From a virus (lineage: Duplodnaviria > Caudoviricetes): a DNA stretch of 30,453 nucleotides. The stretch lies in IMG/VR virus record IMGVR_UViG_3300032319_000696, positions 1-30,453 of that record; one strand, given 5' to 3'. The notes beneath the pieces were generated by a model. It did no database searches, was not told the DNA's origin, and was given only the letters and a program-made list of their open reading frames with translations. Position numbers and translations under genes: made by a program. This document shows, piece by piece, positions 1 to 9,249 of this stretch (position 1 is the first letter of the stretch; each line of letters opens with the position of its first letter).

Positions 1-470
1 CCTGTTTGTGGCAAGCCCATTTTCTTTTGTAAGTTCTTTAATTGATCCTGATCTGAACCACCTGTCAAAGCTTTACCAACTTTAGAAGCAACAGTCTTAA
101 CAGTATCCATCATACCTTCATCTACCGATTCATCATACTTATTGTATTTGCTACGAACCTTGTCTAAGTTCTTTCCTTCTTTGCCTGCCTTGGATAGAGC
201 TTGCATCCCATCTTTGCCATATTTCATTACACCTTTGGCAGCACGACTCATAGTCTTTGTTTCTTCATCTAGCTCAACGTCTTCGTTTCTTGATTTACCT
301 TTAGCTGCATAAGAAGCAGCCAAAGCCATTTGAATACGTTTGGCTTTAGATTTACCTGCAAACTTAGGATTGTCAGAATGTACAAAATCGTGAATGTACG
401 TTCCAGCAGGATCCGATGCTTTTAATTTTTCTTCTAAAGTTTCTTCTCTTAAAGATTTAAACTGTTTCAT
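1..470 (-). CDS. Internal head/prohead-core-region protein, 3'-truncated by the window edge (absent from the ORF track)
   Basis: Manual translation from ATG at 470 stays open to base 1: MKQFKSLREETLEEKLKASDPAGTYIHDFVHSDNPKFAGKSKAKRIQMALAASYAAK...VELDEETKTMSRAAKGVMKYGKDG...SVDEGMMDTVK.... The N-terminus resembles the T4 capsid-targeting sequence (MKTYQEFIAE type). It lies at the gp68 position after the portal and gp67-like genes and overlaps the upstream gene by 14 nt. Confidence 0.75.
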   Translation of the reverse strand, partial: MKQFKSLREETLEEKLKASDPAGTYIHDFVHSDNPKFAGKSKAKRIQMALAASYAAKGKSRNEDVELDEETKTMSRAAKGVMKYGKDGMQALSKAGKEGKNLDKVRSKYNKYDESVDEGMMDTVKTVASKVGKALTGGSDQDQLKNLQKKMGLPQT

Positions 471-636
471 CGTCGGTTACTTCCGTTTTTCCTATTGAGG
501 ATGCAATCTCTGTTTTTTTATCGTCAAGTGCATCCGATAATTTACTTGCCATTGCATCATTAAAATTTTTAATAGCGTCTGCCTGATTGCCTAAAATAAT
601 ATTATCAACCATTTGTTGTATTGCTGTAGATTCCAT
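457..636 (-). CDS. gp67: gp67-like small prohead core protein
   Basis: Small acidic helical ORF directly downstream of the portal, as in T4-like phages. Start moved from 657 to the ATG at 636 (MESTAIQQ), which has AAGGA 6 nt upstream. Confidence 0.6.
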   Translation of the reverse strand: MESTAIQQMVDNIILGNQADAIKNFNDAMASKLSDALDDKKTEIASSIGKTEVTDDETV

Positions 637-661
637 AACTATTCCTTTACTGTTCATTATT

Positions 662-669
662 TATTTATA
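662..669 (-). promoter_or_regulatory. T4-type late promoter (gp55 sigma) TATAAATA
   Basis: Exact TATAAATA on the minus strand immediately after the portal stop codon and upstream of the prohead core genes. Confidence 0.85.
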
Positions 670-2244
670 TTAACCTTGTTGGTTATACCCTTCAGGTGCT
701 CCGGGCGCTTGTCCCGGTGGCATCTGGTTCGGAGGCATACCCGGCATACCAACTTGCGGCGGTGGAGGTTCATTTTCAATCTGAGCCTTCATCTGCTGCA
801 TTTCTTTATCAGACATTCTTAGAATGTTTTTCATAACATATTCTTGACTGTAATATGCACCAACAAATGGTTGTATAGCTGTCAACAAATCTACTCTGTT
901 ACGCAAATTCTCAGCATTTTTCATTTCCTCAAAATACTGATCCTGTGCATATCTATATTGTATGCCTTCTTTAATTTGATTCCAATCTTTATCTGTTATA
1001 ACACCCTTAAGAATAAGTTGTGTTCTTAACAAATCCTGGAACATCTCATTAAAGCGTTTTCTGAGTCTTCCAACAAACTTCGCAAATTTTAATTCGTCTC
1101 TTGTTATCTCTGTTGCTCTACCAAACGATATACCGGTTTGAGGTTGTAATCTTGATATAGGCACATTTAATGCCTGATACAACTTAGTTTGAAAATAATT
1201 AATATCTTCAATCTGTCCCAAACTCTCACCACCAGGCAATGTAGTAATTTCTGTACCTTTACCGCCTTCGCGTCTAGGTAACCAGAAATCCTCAAGCATT
1301 GTCATCATCTTTCTATCGTCTCTAATTTCACCAGTGTTTGAATCGTAAACAATCTTATTACGATAGCGAGCCATAATATCTTTTAAATATTGCTCAGCTT
1401 TAACTTTTGGCAAATTACCAACATCAATATAAAATATTCTTCTTTCAGGAGCTCTAGCCAATCTATAGATTACTAAAGAGTCTTCCATCATCTTTAATTG
1501 ATTTACAGGCTTGATAGCCTTATGTAAATATCCCAATACTACATTCTTATCTAAATCCATTAATCCAGAAGGAACAAATGTTATAGCATCAGGCTGAATC
1601 TTTATACCAGAGTTTGGTGCGGTTGTCGCAGTATATCCCTGATTATAAGTAATACCTTTTTCATTATACAGGAAAAATTCATCAACAGATTTGACAATAT
1701 CAATACCCGTTTCTTTATCTTTTTCTTTTTTAACTTCACGTATCTTTTTAATTTTTCTAGGATCAATAATTAAGGTTTCTAAAATTCCTCTTTTAGGATT
1801 CTTAGCATCAATTATTTTTTGTAAGTATATTCTACCATCGATATACCAACGTCTAAAATAATCCATACCTTTATCATCAAAGTCAATCAATCTATAAAGA
1901 TATTCAAATTCTTTAATGATACTTTCTTTAATATCATCAGGAATTTCTAACTGATCTAAATTAATTTGTACTACGCTTTCGTCATCAACTGCAGCAATTG
2001 CCTCAGTTAAAATTTCATCCACTGCTGAAGAACAATCTGCATATAAAGATGCTTCTCTGTATCTGGTAATTAATTCATACTCAGATTTTGCAGTAGCATC
2101 TAAATCAACATATGTTCCAAAATAACCGCCGGCCTGTACTGTTGATGCTCCATCGTCAGATATTGGAGTAGCAAAAGCCTGCGTTCTTTTATCAATAGGT
2201 TCTTCATCTTTACCAAAGGTAAAACCAAATAGTTTAACTGCCAT
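670..2244 (-). CDS. gp20: Portal vertex protein
   Basis: 524 aa; T4 gp20 motifs YLHKAIKPVNQLKMMEDSLVIYRLARAPERRIFYIDVGNLPK, EDFWLPRREGGKGTEITTLPGG, EITRDELKFAKFV. Confidence 0.98.
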   Translation of the reverse strand: MAVKLFGFTFGKDEEPIDKRTQAFATPISDDGASTVQAGGYFGTYVDLDATAKSEYELITRYREASLYADCSSAVDEILTEAIAAVDDESVVQINLDQLEIPDDIKESIIKEFEYLYRLIDFDDKGMDYFRRWYIDGRIYLQKIIDAKNPKRGILETLIIDPRKIKKIREVKKEKDKETGIDIVKSVDEFFLYNEKGITYNQGYTATTAPNSGIKIQPDAITFVPSGLMDLDKNVVLGYLHKAIKPVNQLKMMEDSLVIYRLARAPERRIFYIDVGNLPKVKAEQYLKDIMARYRNKIVYDSNTGEIRDDRKMMTMLEDFWLPRREGGKGTEITTLPGGESLGQIEDINYFQTKLYQALNVPISRLQPQTGISFGRATEITRDELKFAKFVGRLRKRFNEMFQDLLRTQLILKGVITDKDWNQIKEGIQYRYAQDQYFEEMKNAENLRNRVDLLTAIQPFVGAYYSQEYVMKNILRMSDKEMQQMKAQIENEPPPPQVGMPGMPPNQMPPGQAPGAPEGYNQQG

Positions 2245-2264
2245 AATTTAAATCACTTATAAAA

Positions 2265-2840
2265 TTAACCAATAGTTGTTAACGCGTCGATCAACTGAGA
2301 AGCAGGATTATTTGTAAATTCAAACGTTTGATATTGAAATGAAACTGAGAATGTTGATAATTGGTCGTTAGAACCAAAATCTAAACCTACTGCGCCGATG
2401 TCAACTGGGAATGCCCCTAATAATTTATATTGCTTTAGAACTGCACCATTGCGATCTAATTGAGAAACAAACATATCTGTTTGATATGAGGCAGGTTGTA
2501 GTACACCTGTTTTGTTTGCTAGATTTTCTATTCCATTCATCCACTGTTCAATAGCAGATCTAATAGTAAATCCTGAATCGTTTAGTACTGTAATTTGGAA
2601 TGGAGCGAACTCTCTATCACCTGCCATTTTAATTAAACGACCACGGTAATAAACAGGAGTAATTCCAATTGTCTGTCCAGGCAATTCTGCAACAGTAACC
2701 AAAAATGGTGACTTTGTTACAGCGGATGCTCTGGATGTAACATAGTTTGGAAATGTCAATTGAACTGCAAACTGATTGGGACGTGCCCCACCGTTCGTTA
2801 ATTCCGACTTAAATCTTTCTACATTAAATGGTATTGCCAT
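2265..2840 (-). CDS. gp19: Tail tube protein
   Basis: 191 aa; GGARPNQFAV, ELPGQTIG, YRGRLIKMAGDREF, GAFPVDIGAVGLDF motifs; lies between sheath and portal. Confidence 0.96.
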   Translation of the reverse strand: MAIPFNVERFKSELTNGGARPNQFAVQLTFPNYVTSRASAVTKSPFLVTVAELPGQTIGITPVYYRGRLIKMAGDREFAPFQITVLNDSGFTIRSAIEQWMNGIENLANKTGVLQPASYQTDMFVSQLDRNGAVLKQYKLLGAFPVDIGAVGLDFGSNDQLSTFSVSFQYQTFEFTNNPASQLIDALTTIG

Positions 2841-2855
2841 TTTTCTATACTCCTA

Positions 2856-5522
2856 TTAAGCGCCGACTTCTTCGAAGGAAACGCCTGTTCTTGTAGCCAC
2901 AAAATTCAACTGAATAAAGTTGATTGCTCTTGCAGGTTTAATGTAAATATCTGCAACAAATTCGTTACGATCTACAATATCTGCAGTGTTGTTTGTTTCG
3001 TCACATACAACTCTAAAATCTGTAATACCTCGACGACCTTGCACATCTCTTAAGAATGGTTCTACAAGATTTCTAAATTGTGCTCTTGTAAATGGATCGT
3101 TGAATTCAAACAATTGGAATTTAGATGCTGTAGAAATTGCCTTCTCTAGAACAATAAACAATCTACGAACATTAATACGATCAAATGCGCTAGGTCTTGC
3201 TAACAATGTCTTGTCACCAAATAACAAGGTACCTTGTCCTGGGAACGTAACAACAGGGTTAACACCGATTTTATATAGATCGTCTCTGTCTGTCTTCGAT
3301 GGAGAATATGCTAGTTTAACAACATTCTTGATTACGCCTCTGTTGTATCCTGCGGGTGAGAACCATGGATCAGCAATATAATCTGTTCTTGCAGATAATC
3401 CTGCAACGTCACCATTCAATGGGACATAACGATACTTATCGTTGTAACGATCATACTGATATTTCCAGCCAGAATCTAAAACAGCAAATGACGAACTAGT
3501 CAATTGATTTCTGTAAGAAATAATATTAGTAGATTGATTTGTTGCATTAACAACACTTGTATACGGAGGAGATGCGAACACTACGCAATCTCTTCTTGAT
3601 TCAGCAATTCCAATAACTGTATTTACTACACCAACATCTGTAGTTGGACCCATTGGAATTAAACTTACATCATACAACTCATCGTTACTAAATAACTGAT
3701 ATCCTGCTTGAATATTGCCTGCAGATACAGAAGAGCCATCTCTACCACCTGATAGTGTAGTTGTTACATTAGAATTTAGTGTGGTATAATCTGTTGTAGA
3801 TACACCGCCCCAATCTGCATTCTTATGATTCAACCAAACAATATACTTAGATTGATTATTGATTACGTCTTTGTAATAATTTGTGGAGTTATCAGAATTC
3901 TTAGCATCGGATGCTTTGGATACGAATGAGAATTTTTCTAGAATTGAACCTGCAGTACCTGTCCATGAGCCATTCGCATCCACAACAACAATATGCATTT
4001 CATCATCTGCTCCACCTTTTGCAGAAACATAAGAAGATGTTCCAGGTGTACTGTTAAACTGACTAGAATACTGCCAACCTGTAAATGAATCTTTATCCGC
4101 ATAAGATACTTTAATAGAATTACCTAACGTGCCAGGATATTTTGCAGCAAATTCGCCATATGATAAACCACCAGAACTGTAATTAGAAATATAATTGTCA
4201 GTGTTCTTTATTAGCGGCGCGGCAAAATCAACAATAGGAGTTCCTGTTGTTGCTAAATTATTTGTATTTACAATAGTAACTGTAGGAACATTTACGTAGC
4301 CAGACCCTTGATTTATTATATTTACACCTGTAATTGAATACCCAATGGATCCTACTGCTATTGCATTACTTGTAACATAATTTACATCAGCAGATGCTGG
4401 TAATATTTGAACTGTTGGTAGAGTTGTCCAGTCATTAGATGAAGAGATAACTGTTATGGAATCTAATTGTGCTGCTATACGAGCAGATGCTATGGCAGTT
4501 TCATTAATATTTGAATATGTTGTACTGTTCTTATTCAATGTTACTGTAGGAGAAGCAGTGAAAGTAGAAGTTCCGTTTGCAGTAACTGTTATACTATTTA
4601 CAAATCCATAGCCTATGTTTGCTGTAAATGATGCAGCACTACCTGTGTTACCATCAAGTCTAGTAATAATTACGTTAGGCGCGCCAATATAACCATTACC
4701 GTTTGTTACTAATGAATATCCAGTAATTACATTTCCTGTAACTACAAGTGTTGCTGTAGCATGTGTTCCGCCCACAGATAAATTACCAGAAAAACGAATA
4801 TTGGCACCTGTTGTTGCAGGACCATAATTTGTACCGCCAGAATTTATTTGAAGATCTTTTACTTTATATAAAATTTCTAATGATGCTGTCGCACCTGTAC
4901 CACCGGAAATAACAGCATTAGACAATGAACTATAATTATTACCACCGTATAATACACTAATTGTTTGTAATTGTCCTGCACTAAGCGCAACAGAACTAAC
5001 AGCAGAACCGTTACCACCATATCCATCGTTTAAAAGAACAGTGGGAGGTTCATTATATCCATATCCCCTGGCAGACATATTGATTGCTTGAAGTCTTCCT
5101 GTGGGGGAAATAATAGCATTTCCTGTGGCCGTTGTTCCACGCTCAGATGCACTAAATGTAACTGTTACATCATTAACCGTAGTATATGTATTTGGTGAAT
5201 TTAAAATTGTTACGCCTGTAACTTTGCCCGATGGGGTTGAAACTGCGTTTCTTGCAACGCCGTTATCTGCAACACGAACAATTTTTAGATTGTTTCCATA
5301 AGACAAAAAGTTTGCTGCAGTAAAGAAATATCCTGCGGTAGTGTCGTTAGGATTTCCAAATTTTGTTACTAGATTTTTCTCTGTATCTATTGTTGTAACT
5401 TCTTCAACAGGTCCCCATTGAAAGGCTCCCGAAAATGCTCCAGCAGTGGTTGCTACAGAAGGAACACCCGCGGTGTTGTCGATTTCGGTAACTAATACGC
5501 CGGGTGAAAGCTGAAATGCCAT
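2856..5522 (-). CDS. gp18: Contractile tail sheath protein with a large internal insertion
   Basis: 888 aa; N-terminal MAFQLSPGVLVTEID...FQWGP; C-terminal PWFSPAGYNRG, SAFDRINVRRLF, FVADIYIKPARAINFIQLNF; AGGAG RBS. Confidence 0.98.
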   Translation of the reverse strand: MAFQLSPGVLVTEIDNTAGVPSVATTAGAFSGAFQWGPVEEVTTIDTEKNLVTKFGNPNDTTAGYFFTAANFLSYGNNLKIVRVADNGVARNAVSTPSGKVTGVTILNSPNTYTTVNDVTVTFSASERGTTATGNAIISPTGRLQAINMSARGYGYNEPPTVLLNDGYGGNGSAVSSVALSAGQLQTISVLYGGNNYSSLSNAVISGGTGATASLEILYKVKDLQINSGGTNYGPATTGANIRFSGNLSVGGTHATATLVVTGNVITGYSLVTNGNGYIGAPNVIITRLDGNTGSAASFTANIGYGFVNSITVTANGTSTFTASPTVTLNKNSTTYSNINETAIASARIAAQLDSITVISSSNDWTTLPTVQILPASADVNYVTSNAIAVGSIGYSITGVNIINQGSGYVNVPTVTIVNTNNLATTGTPIVDFAAPLIKNTDNYISNYSSGGLSYGEFAAKYPGTLGNSIKVSYADKDSFTGWQYSSQFNSTPGTSSYVSAKGGADDEMHIVVVDANGSWTGTAGSILEKFSFVSKASDAKNSDNSTNYYKDVINNQSKYIVWLNHKNADWGGVSTTDYTTLNSNVTTTLSGGRDGSSVSAGNIQAGYQLFSNDELYDVSLIPMGPTTDVGVVNTVIGIAESRRDCVVFASPPYTSVVNATNQSTNIISYRNQLTSSSFAVLDSGWKYQYDRYNDKYRYVPLNGDVAGLSARTDYIADPWFSPAGYNRGVIKNVVKLAYSPSKTDRDDLYKIGVNPVVTFPGQGTLLFGDKTLLARPSAFDRINVRRLFIVLEKAISTASKFQLFEFNDPFTRAQFRNLVEPFLRDVQGRRGITDFRVVCDETNNTADIVDRNEFVADIYIKPARAINFIQLNFVATRTGVSFEEVGA

Positions 5523-5573
5523 CTTCTTCTCCTTGATAATTTTATAGATAGCTCTATAATATGATTTTCTATT

Positions 5574-5581
5574 TATTTATA
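5574..5581 (-). promoter_or_regulatory. T4-type late promoter TATAAATA upstream of gp18
   Basis: Exact TATAAATA on the minus strand in the gp17-gp18 intergenic region, about 50 nt before the gp18 ATG. Confidence 0.85.
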
Positions 5582-5592
5582 AGTATCAGCAT

Positions 5593-7266
5593 TTAGACAT
5601 TTTCCAGCCATTTTCTTTGTAAATCCTCTATTTCATCTTTAGATTTTTCTGCGAACGAGAACCAAATTTGATCCTTTGATATTATAGGTTTAAGTTCTTC
5701 GGGCATACCATTTTCTATAATTCCAAACGGGGTTAAATTTTCTTCGATCTGTTTCATTTGATCTTCATATAGAGCTTTTCTCAGATTACTATCAGTTAAA
5801 TCCTTGAAGAATGACTCATTGGTTGCCCAAGAAAATAGAACCAAACACATTACCAAATCGTCCTGATAACCCTCGTCTGCTTTATGGGTTCCCCGGACTT
5901 CAATGAATGTGGATATTTCGTTGATAATATCTGGGTCATGTATTAGTAACTTGGTATTCTCAACCAGACTCTTGAAGGATGTGCATCCTAGACGTTTTAC
6001 TTGTTTGGTAGTTCTGACACCTAGTGTTGCACCGTTACCGAATCCGCCAGAAAGATATTGGCCGGATTTACTGTTACTTCCTACAAAGAATACGTTCTCA
6101 TATTCCAAATCCATGTATAATGTATCTGCTACTTGCTGACCATTATCGTTGATTTCAATTAAGCAATATGCTTTATGGTAATCTTTCGCAACCTTGTATA
6201 TAATATTAGGGAATAATAACGGACTGATTTTATTGTTTCTATATTTTGCAACTACTGAATACGGATAAGCAGTAATATCTATAACCGCAAACGCTGAGTA
6301 ATCTCCCCCTACTCCCCGGGAAGTATCTGCAACTACCATATAAACATGGTCTTCCTCAGGTTCTACAAACACATCCAAACCATCTTTACTATATACGTAG
6401 GGTTTAACCGACATTCTACCAATTGTGTCGGGGTTAATTAGTGTATTAGATGATCCTAGGAAATTACATAAAACCTCTTGATTGAACTTAAGTTCACCGA
6501 GCATTGATCTTTGTTCATTTGCCCATTTTTCATCTCGACCTGGGATTCTATTATATGGGATGAACATTGGAACAAATCCGTTCAATCCCTGTTCTGCTTC
6601 ATTCCAGAACTTCCAAAAATGATTATAACCTAGCGGAGTGGATGTAAGAAGAATCTTTGTTGTCTGACCTGCAGAAATCGTTGGATAAACAGATGTAAAG
6701 AAATCTTCTGCAACATTATTTGGAATAATTGCCGCTTCGTCAATGTACAACCAATTTACAGATTTACCTCGAATACCTGAAGAGCTTGTTGCTGCCGTAA
6801 ATACTTTGGATCCATTTTCAAGTTCTATATCACCTTTGTTAAATGTCTTAACACCTTGCTGCATCCATATAGGAAGCATCTCATACATAAGTTCATAACG
6901 AGATAAAACTTCACGTGCTGCCGAAGACTTGTTTGCCAAAATGGCAACTGTTTTATTTTCTTGGAATAACGTATACCACAAAATACATGCTGCCGATGTA
7001 ATGGTCTTGCCCTGTTGGCGACCTTCCATTAGAATCACTTTACGATTATTTAAAATAGTATTTACTTTTTCTTTTTGACATTCGTATAATTTAAATGGGA
7101 TTAAACCTCTATCCAATGAAACTATTTGACAAAAGTTTTCAATAAAGTAAATTGGATCTTGCGTACACTTTATAATTTCATTTACTTGTTCTTTAGTATA
7201 CGAGATAACCGCACCAATCTGTTTTAGATTCGGATTACCGTTATATGATGTTGGTTTATTGTTCAA
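5593..7266 (-). CDS. gp17: Terminase large subunit
   Basis: 557 aa; Walker A GRQQGKT, Walker B WLYIDEAAII, coupling motif TSTPLG, nuclease motifs ADTSRGVGGDYS and DDLVM. Confidence 0.98.
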   Translation of the reverse strand: MNNKPTSYNGNPNLKQIGAVISYTKEQVNEIIKCTQDPIYFIENFCQIVSLDRGLIPFKLYECQKEKVNTILNNRKVILMEGRQQGKTITSAACILWYTLFQENKTVAILANKSSAAREVLSRYELMYEMLPIWMQQGVKTFNKGDIELENGSKVFTAATSSSGIRGKSVNWLYIDEAAIIPNNVAEDFFTSVYPTISAGQTTKILLTSTPLGYNHFWKFWNEAEQGLNGFVPMFIPYNRIPGRDEKWANEQRSMLGELKFNQEVLCNFLGSSNTLINPDTIGRMSVKPYVYSKDGLDVFVEPEEDHVYMVVADTSRGVGGDYSAFAVIDITAYPYSVVAKYRNNKISPLLFPNIIYKVAKDYHKAYCLIEINDNGQQVADTLYMDLEYENVFFVGSNSKSGQYLSGGFGNGATLGVRTTKQVKRLGCTSFKSLVENTKLLIHDPDIINEISTFIEVRGTHKADEGYQDDLVMCLVLFSWATNESFFKDLTDSNLRKALYEDQMKQIEENLTPFGIIENGMPEELKPIISKDQIWFSFAEKSKDEIEDLQRKWLENV

Positions 7267-7684
7267 TTATATTACCACTGTCTTTATTTTGTTTCAATGC
7301 TTTAAATAATTCTGCAGTTGATCCTGCAAACACTACATTATTTTGAGTACCAATTTTTTGCTGAGGTTCATCTGCTTTTAATTCTTTAACTTGTTTTTGC
7401 AAGTTTAAAAGATCCTTTGATACATCGGACATAGTCTTCATGAATTGACCTGCAACCTCATATGTCCTAGGATGTTCAGAATTTTTAGATAATTCAATAA
7501 GTTCATCTAATGTGGTTTCGCCCTTCATTAGAAGTTTTCTCATCGTTTGTCTTGCCAATTGGTAATCATCTTCCTGATCCATTTCTCTATTAGCATTCAT
7601 TGCTTCAGGAACCAATGGCAAAGCAGGAGTTTCTTCCTGTGCATTTATATCAAAGATATCATTCAAGTTTTGTATGTTTTTCAT
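7256..7684 (-). CDS. gp16: Terminase small subunit
   Basis: 142 aa; DYQLAR, SEHPRTYEVAGQ, NNVVFAGSTAELFK motifs; overlaps the gp17 start. Confidence 0.95.
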   Translation of the reverse strand: MKNIQNLNDIFDINAQEETPALPLVPEAMNANREMDQEDDYQLARQTMRKLLMKGETTLDELIELSKNSEHPRTYEVAGQFMKTMSDVSKDLLNLQKQVKELKADEPQQKIGTQNNVVFAGSTAELFKALKQNKDSGNIIEQ

Positions 7685-8434
7685 TTAGAAATCCGTAAAG
7701 GTATCTATATATCCATATGAGTCAGTAACATTTGCAGTAGGTGGATTTGGCTGTACCACGCCCTTTTGTTGTGCAGTAGTTAATGTGGGATCATTAAATG
7801 TGGTTGCAGTAACCTTTTTAATAAGTCCTCTATTAGTAGCAGGACCATAAAAGTTAAGTTTCATAGTAAAACTTAGTGTCCAGATTATGGATCTTCTTGT
7901 AGTTAAATCTCCCTCATAATCATCAGAGAATCCTATAGAAGATAATAGTATAGGTAAATCGTTTTGTAAGTTTAATTCAGGTATAGCTTTTAATGTGAGA
8001 TTATAGTCGGGGTTGAAATAAGGAATTATTTGTTCTATGATTTGCAATCCATCGTCTTGATTTTTTGCGTAAACATACAATAATACATTTAAATTATATG
8101 GAGTAGGTGCGTATAGGGTTTTGGCAAGATTAGGATCCTTTATAGATCGAGTTTGTTGAACAGTTCCTACTTTTCTTGTAGGATCATAATCCAACGATAC
8201 TAATTCAAATCCCATTCTAGGCAAAACAATTTGTATATTTTGAGTATCAACATTTGGTTGTTGTCTAATTTTTGTTAAGAATTTTTGTTTGGGAGAATAT
8301 GATAAAGGTACTTTCTGTATTTGTACTACATTTCCGTTAGCATCCTTACGTTCAATAGTAATATTATTAAACATATTACAAAACGCAACAATAGATTTTC
8401 TAACAGTTCCCCAATAAAAAGATTGATCTAACAT
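7685..8434 (-). CDS. gp15: Tail sheath stabiliser/terminator
   Basis: 249 aa; FY..TVRKSIVAF..MFN, VPLSYSPKQKF, LPRMGFE, QIIEQIIPYFNP motifs. Confidence 0.95.
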   Translation of the reverse strand: MLDQSFYWGTVRKSIVAFCNMFNNITIERKDANGNVVQIQKVPLSYSPKQKFLTKIRQQPNVDTQNIQIVLPRMGFELVSLDYDPTRKVGTVQQTRSIKDPNLAKTLYAPTPYNLNVLLYVYAKNQDDGLQIIEQIIPYFNPDYNLTLKAIPELNLQNDLPILLSSIGFSDDYEGDLTTRRSIIWTLSFTMKLNFYGPATNRGLIKKVTATTFNDPTLTTAQQKGVVQPNPPTANVTDSYGYIDTFTDF

Positions 8435-8435
8435 A

Positions 8436-9182
8436 TTATCCTACATCTCCAAAAGGATTTCTTTCTGAGAAATCCAAAGTATTATTTCTTTCCAAGGTGA
8501 AGCTGTCATTATCGGCATTTCCAGGGTCATTATTTGTAGAATAATTTTCAGCCATCAAAGGCATTATTAATCCAGATTCGTTTAATAATACATTTCCAGA
8601 TTCATCTAATAACTCAAACTTATCAATGGATTGTGTAAACTGACCAAACAAGTTATCTATTTCTGCTACACCTGTATCAAATATCTCATTAGAATATTGG
8701 AACAATTCACAATTCATTCTAAATACATACAACTTACCTATCTGGAAAAACGGCGATTGACTATCGACCTTGCGTATTTCCATAAAGGATTGAGTTAATG
8801 GCATATAGATAATATCACCTTCTGTTGGTCTAAAATCTAACAGAGTCTGACCTCGGTCACCTATAGCATCTCTCCATCGTCTTCTTGATACTACAAAGGT
8901 GGCAGAATCTCGAATATCCAAACCAAACTTAGTAATTATTTCATCTTCACCCGCATATCCTGTAACATTCTCCATATACATTTCAATGGGGTAAGCATAA
9001 TTAAAACTGTTATACGGATCTTCGCCCAAAATAGGATCTTGGTTAAAAGGTTTTCTAGGTATATAATAGGTTTGGATACCGTAGATCTTCATGGATTCGA
9101 TAATCAAATCCTCATATAGTAACTGCTCCCTAGCGTTACCTATAGACTTGCCGCTCTGAAAATATTGATTAACTGTTGCCAT
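8436..9182 (-). CDS. gp14: Neck protein (head closure)
   Basis: 248 aa; EQLLYEDLIIESMKIYG..YYIPR, KFGLDIRD, PTEGDIIY, FFQIGK, LDFSERNPFG motifs. Confidence 0.95.
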   Translation of the reverse strand: MATVNQYFQSGKSIGNAREQLLYEDLIIESMKIYGIQTYYIPRKPFNQDPILGEDPYNSFNYAYPIEMYMENVTGYAGEDEIITKFGLDIRDSATFVVSRRRWRDAIGDRGQTLLDFRPTEGDIIYMPLTQSFMEIRKVDSQSPFFQIGKLYVFRMNCELFQYSNEIFDTGVAEIDNLFGQFTQSIDKFELLDESGNVLLNESGLIMPLMAENYSTNNDPGNADNDSFTLERNNTLDFSERNPFGDVG

Positions 9183-9189
9183 ATTACTA

Positions 9190-9218
9190 TTGACTTTCTA
9201 TTGACAAGGTGTTATCAT
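9190..9218 (+). promoter_or_regulatory. Putative sigma70-type promoter, antisense to the structural operon
   Basis: TTGACT (9190-9195), 17-nt spacer, TATCAT (9213-9218), with extended -10 TG at 9210-9211. A second TTGACA lies at 9201-9206. Confidence 0.6.
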
Positions 9219-9249
9219 TTGCTATGTACCCTGTTAATAAAACTCTATA

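Noticed and set aside
5593-7266. Intein, intron or homing endonuclease in terminase (or portal/sheath)
   Set aside because: gp17 and gp20 are of normal length with contiguous motifs. The gp18 insertion lacks intein (C...HN) or LAGLIDADG/HNH signatures.
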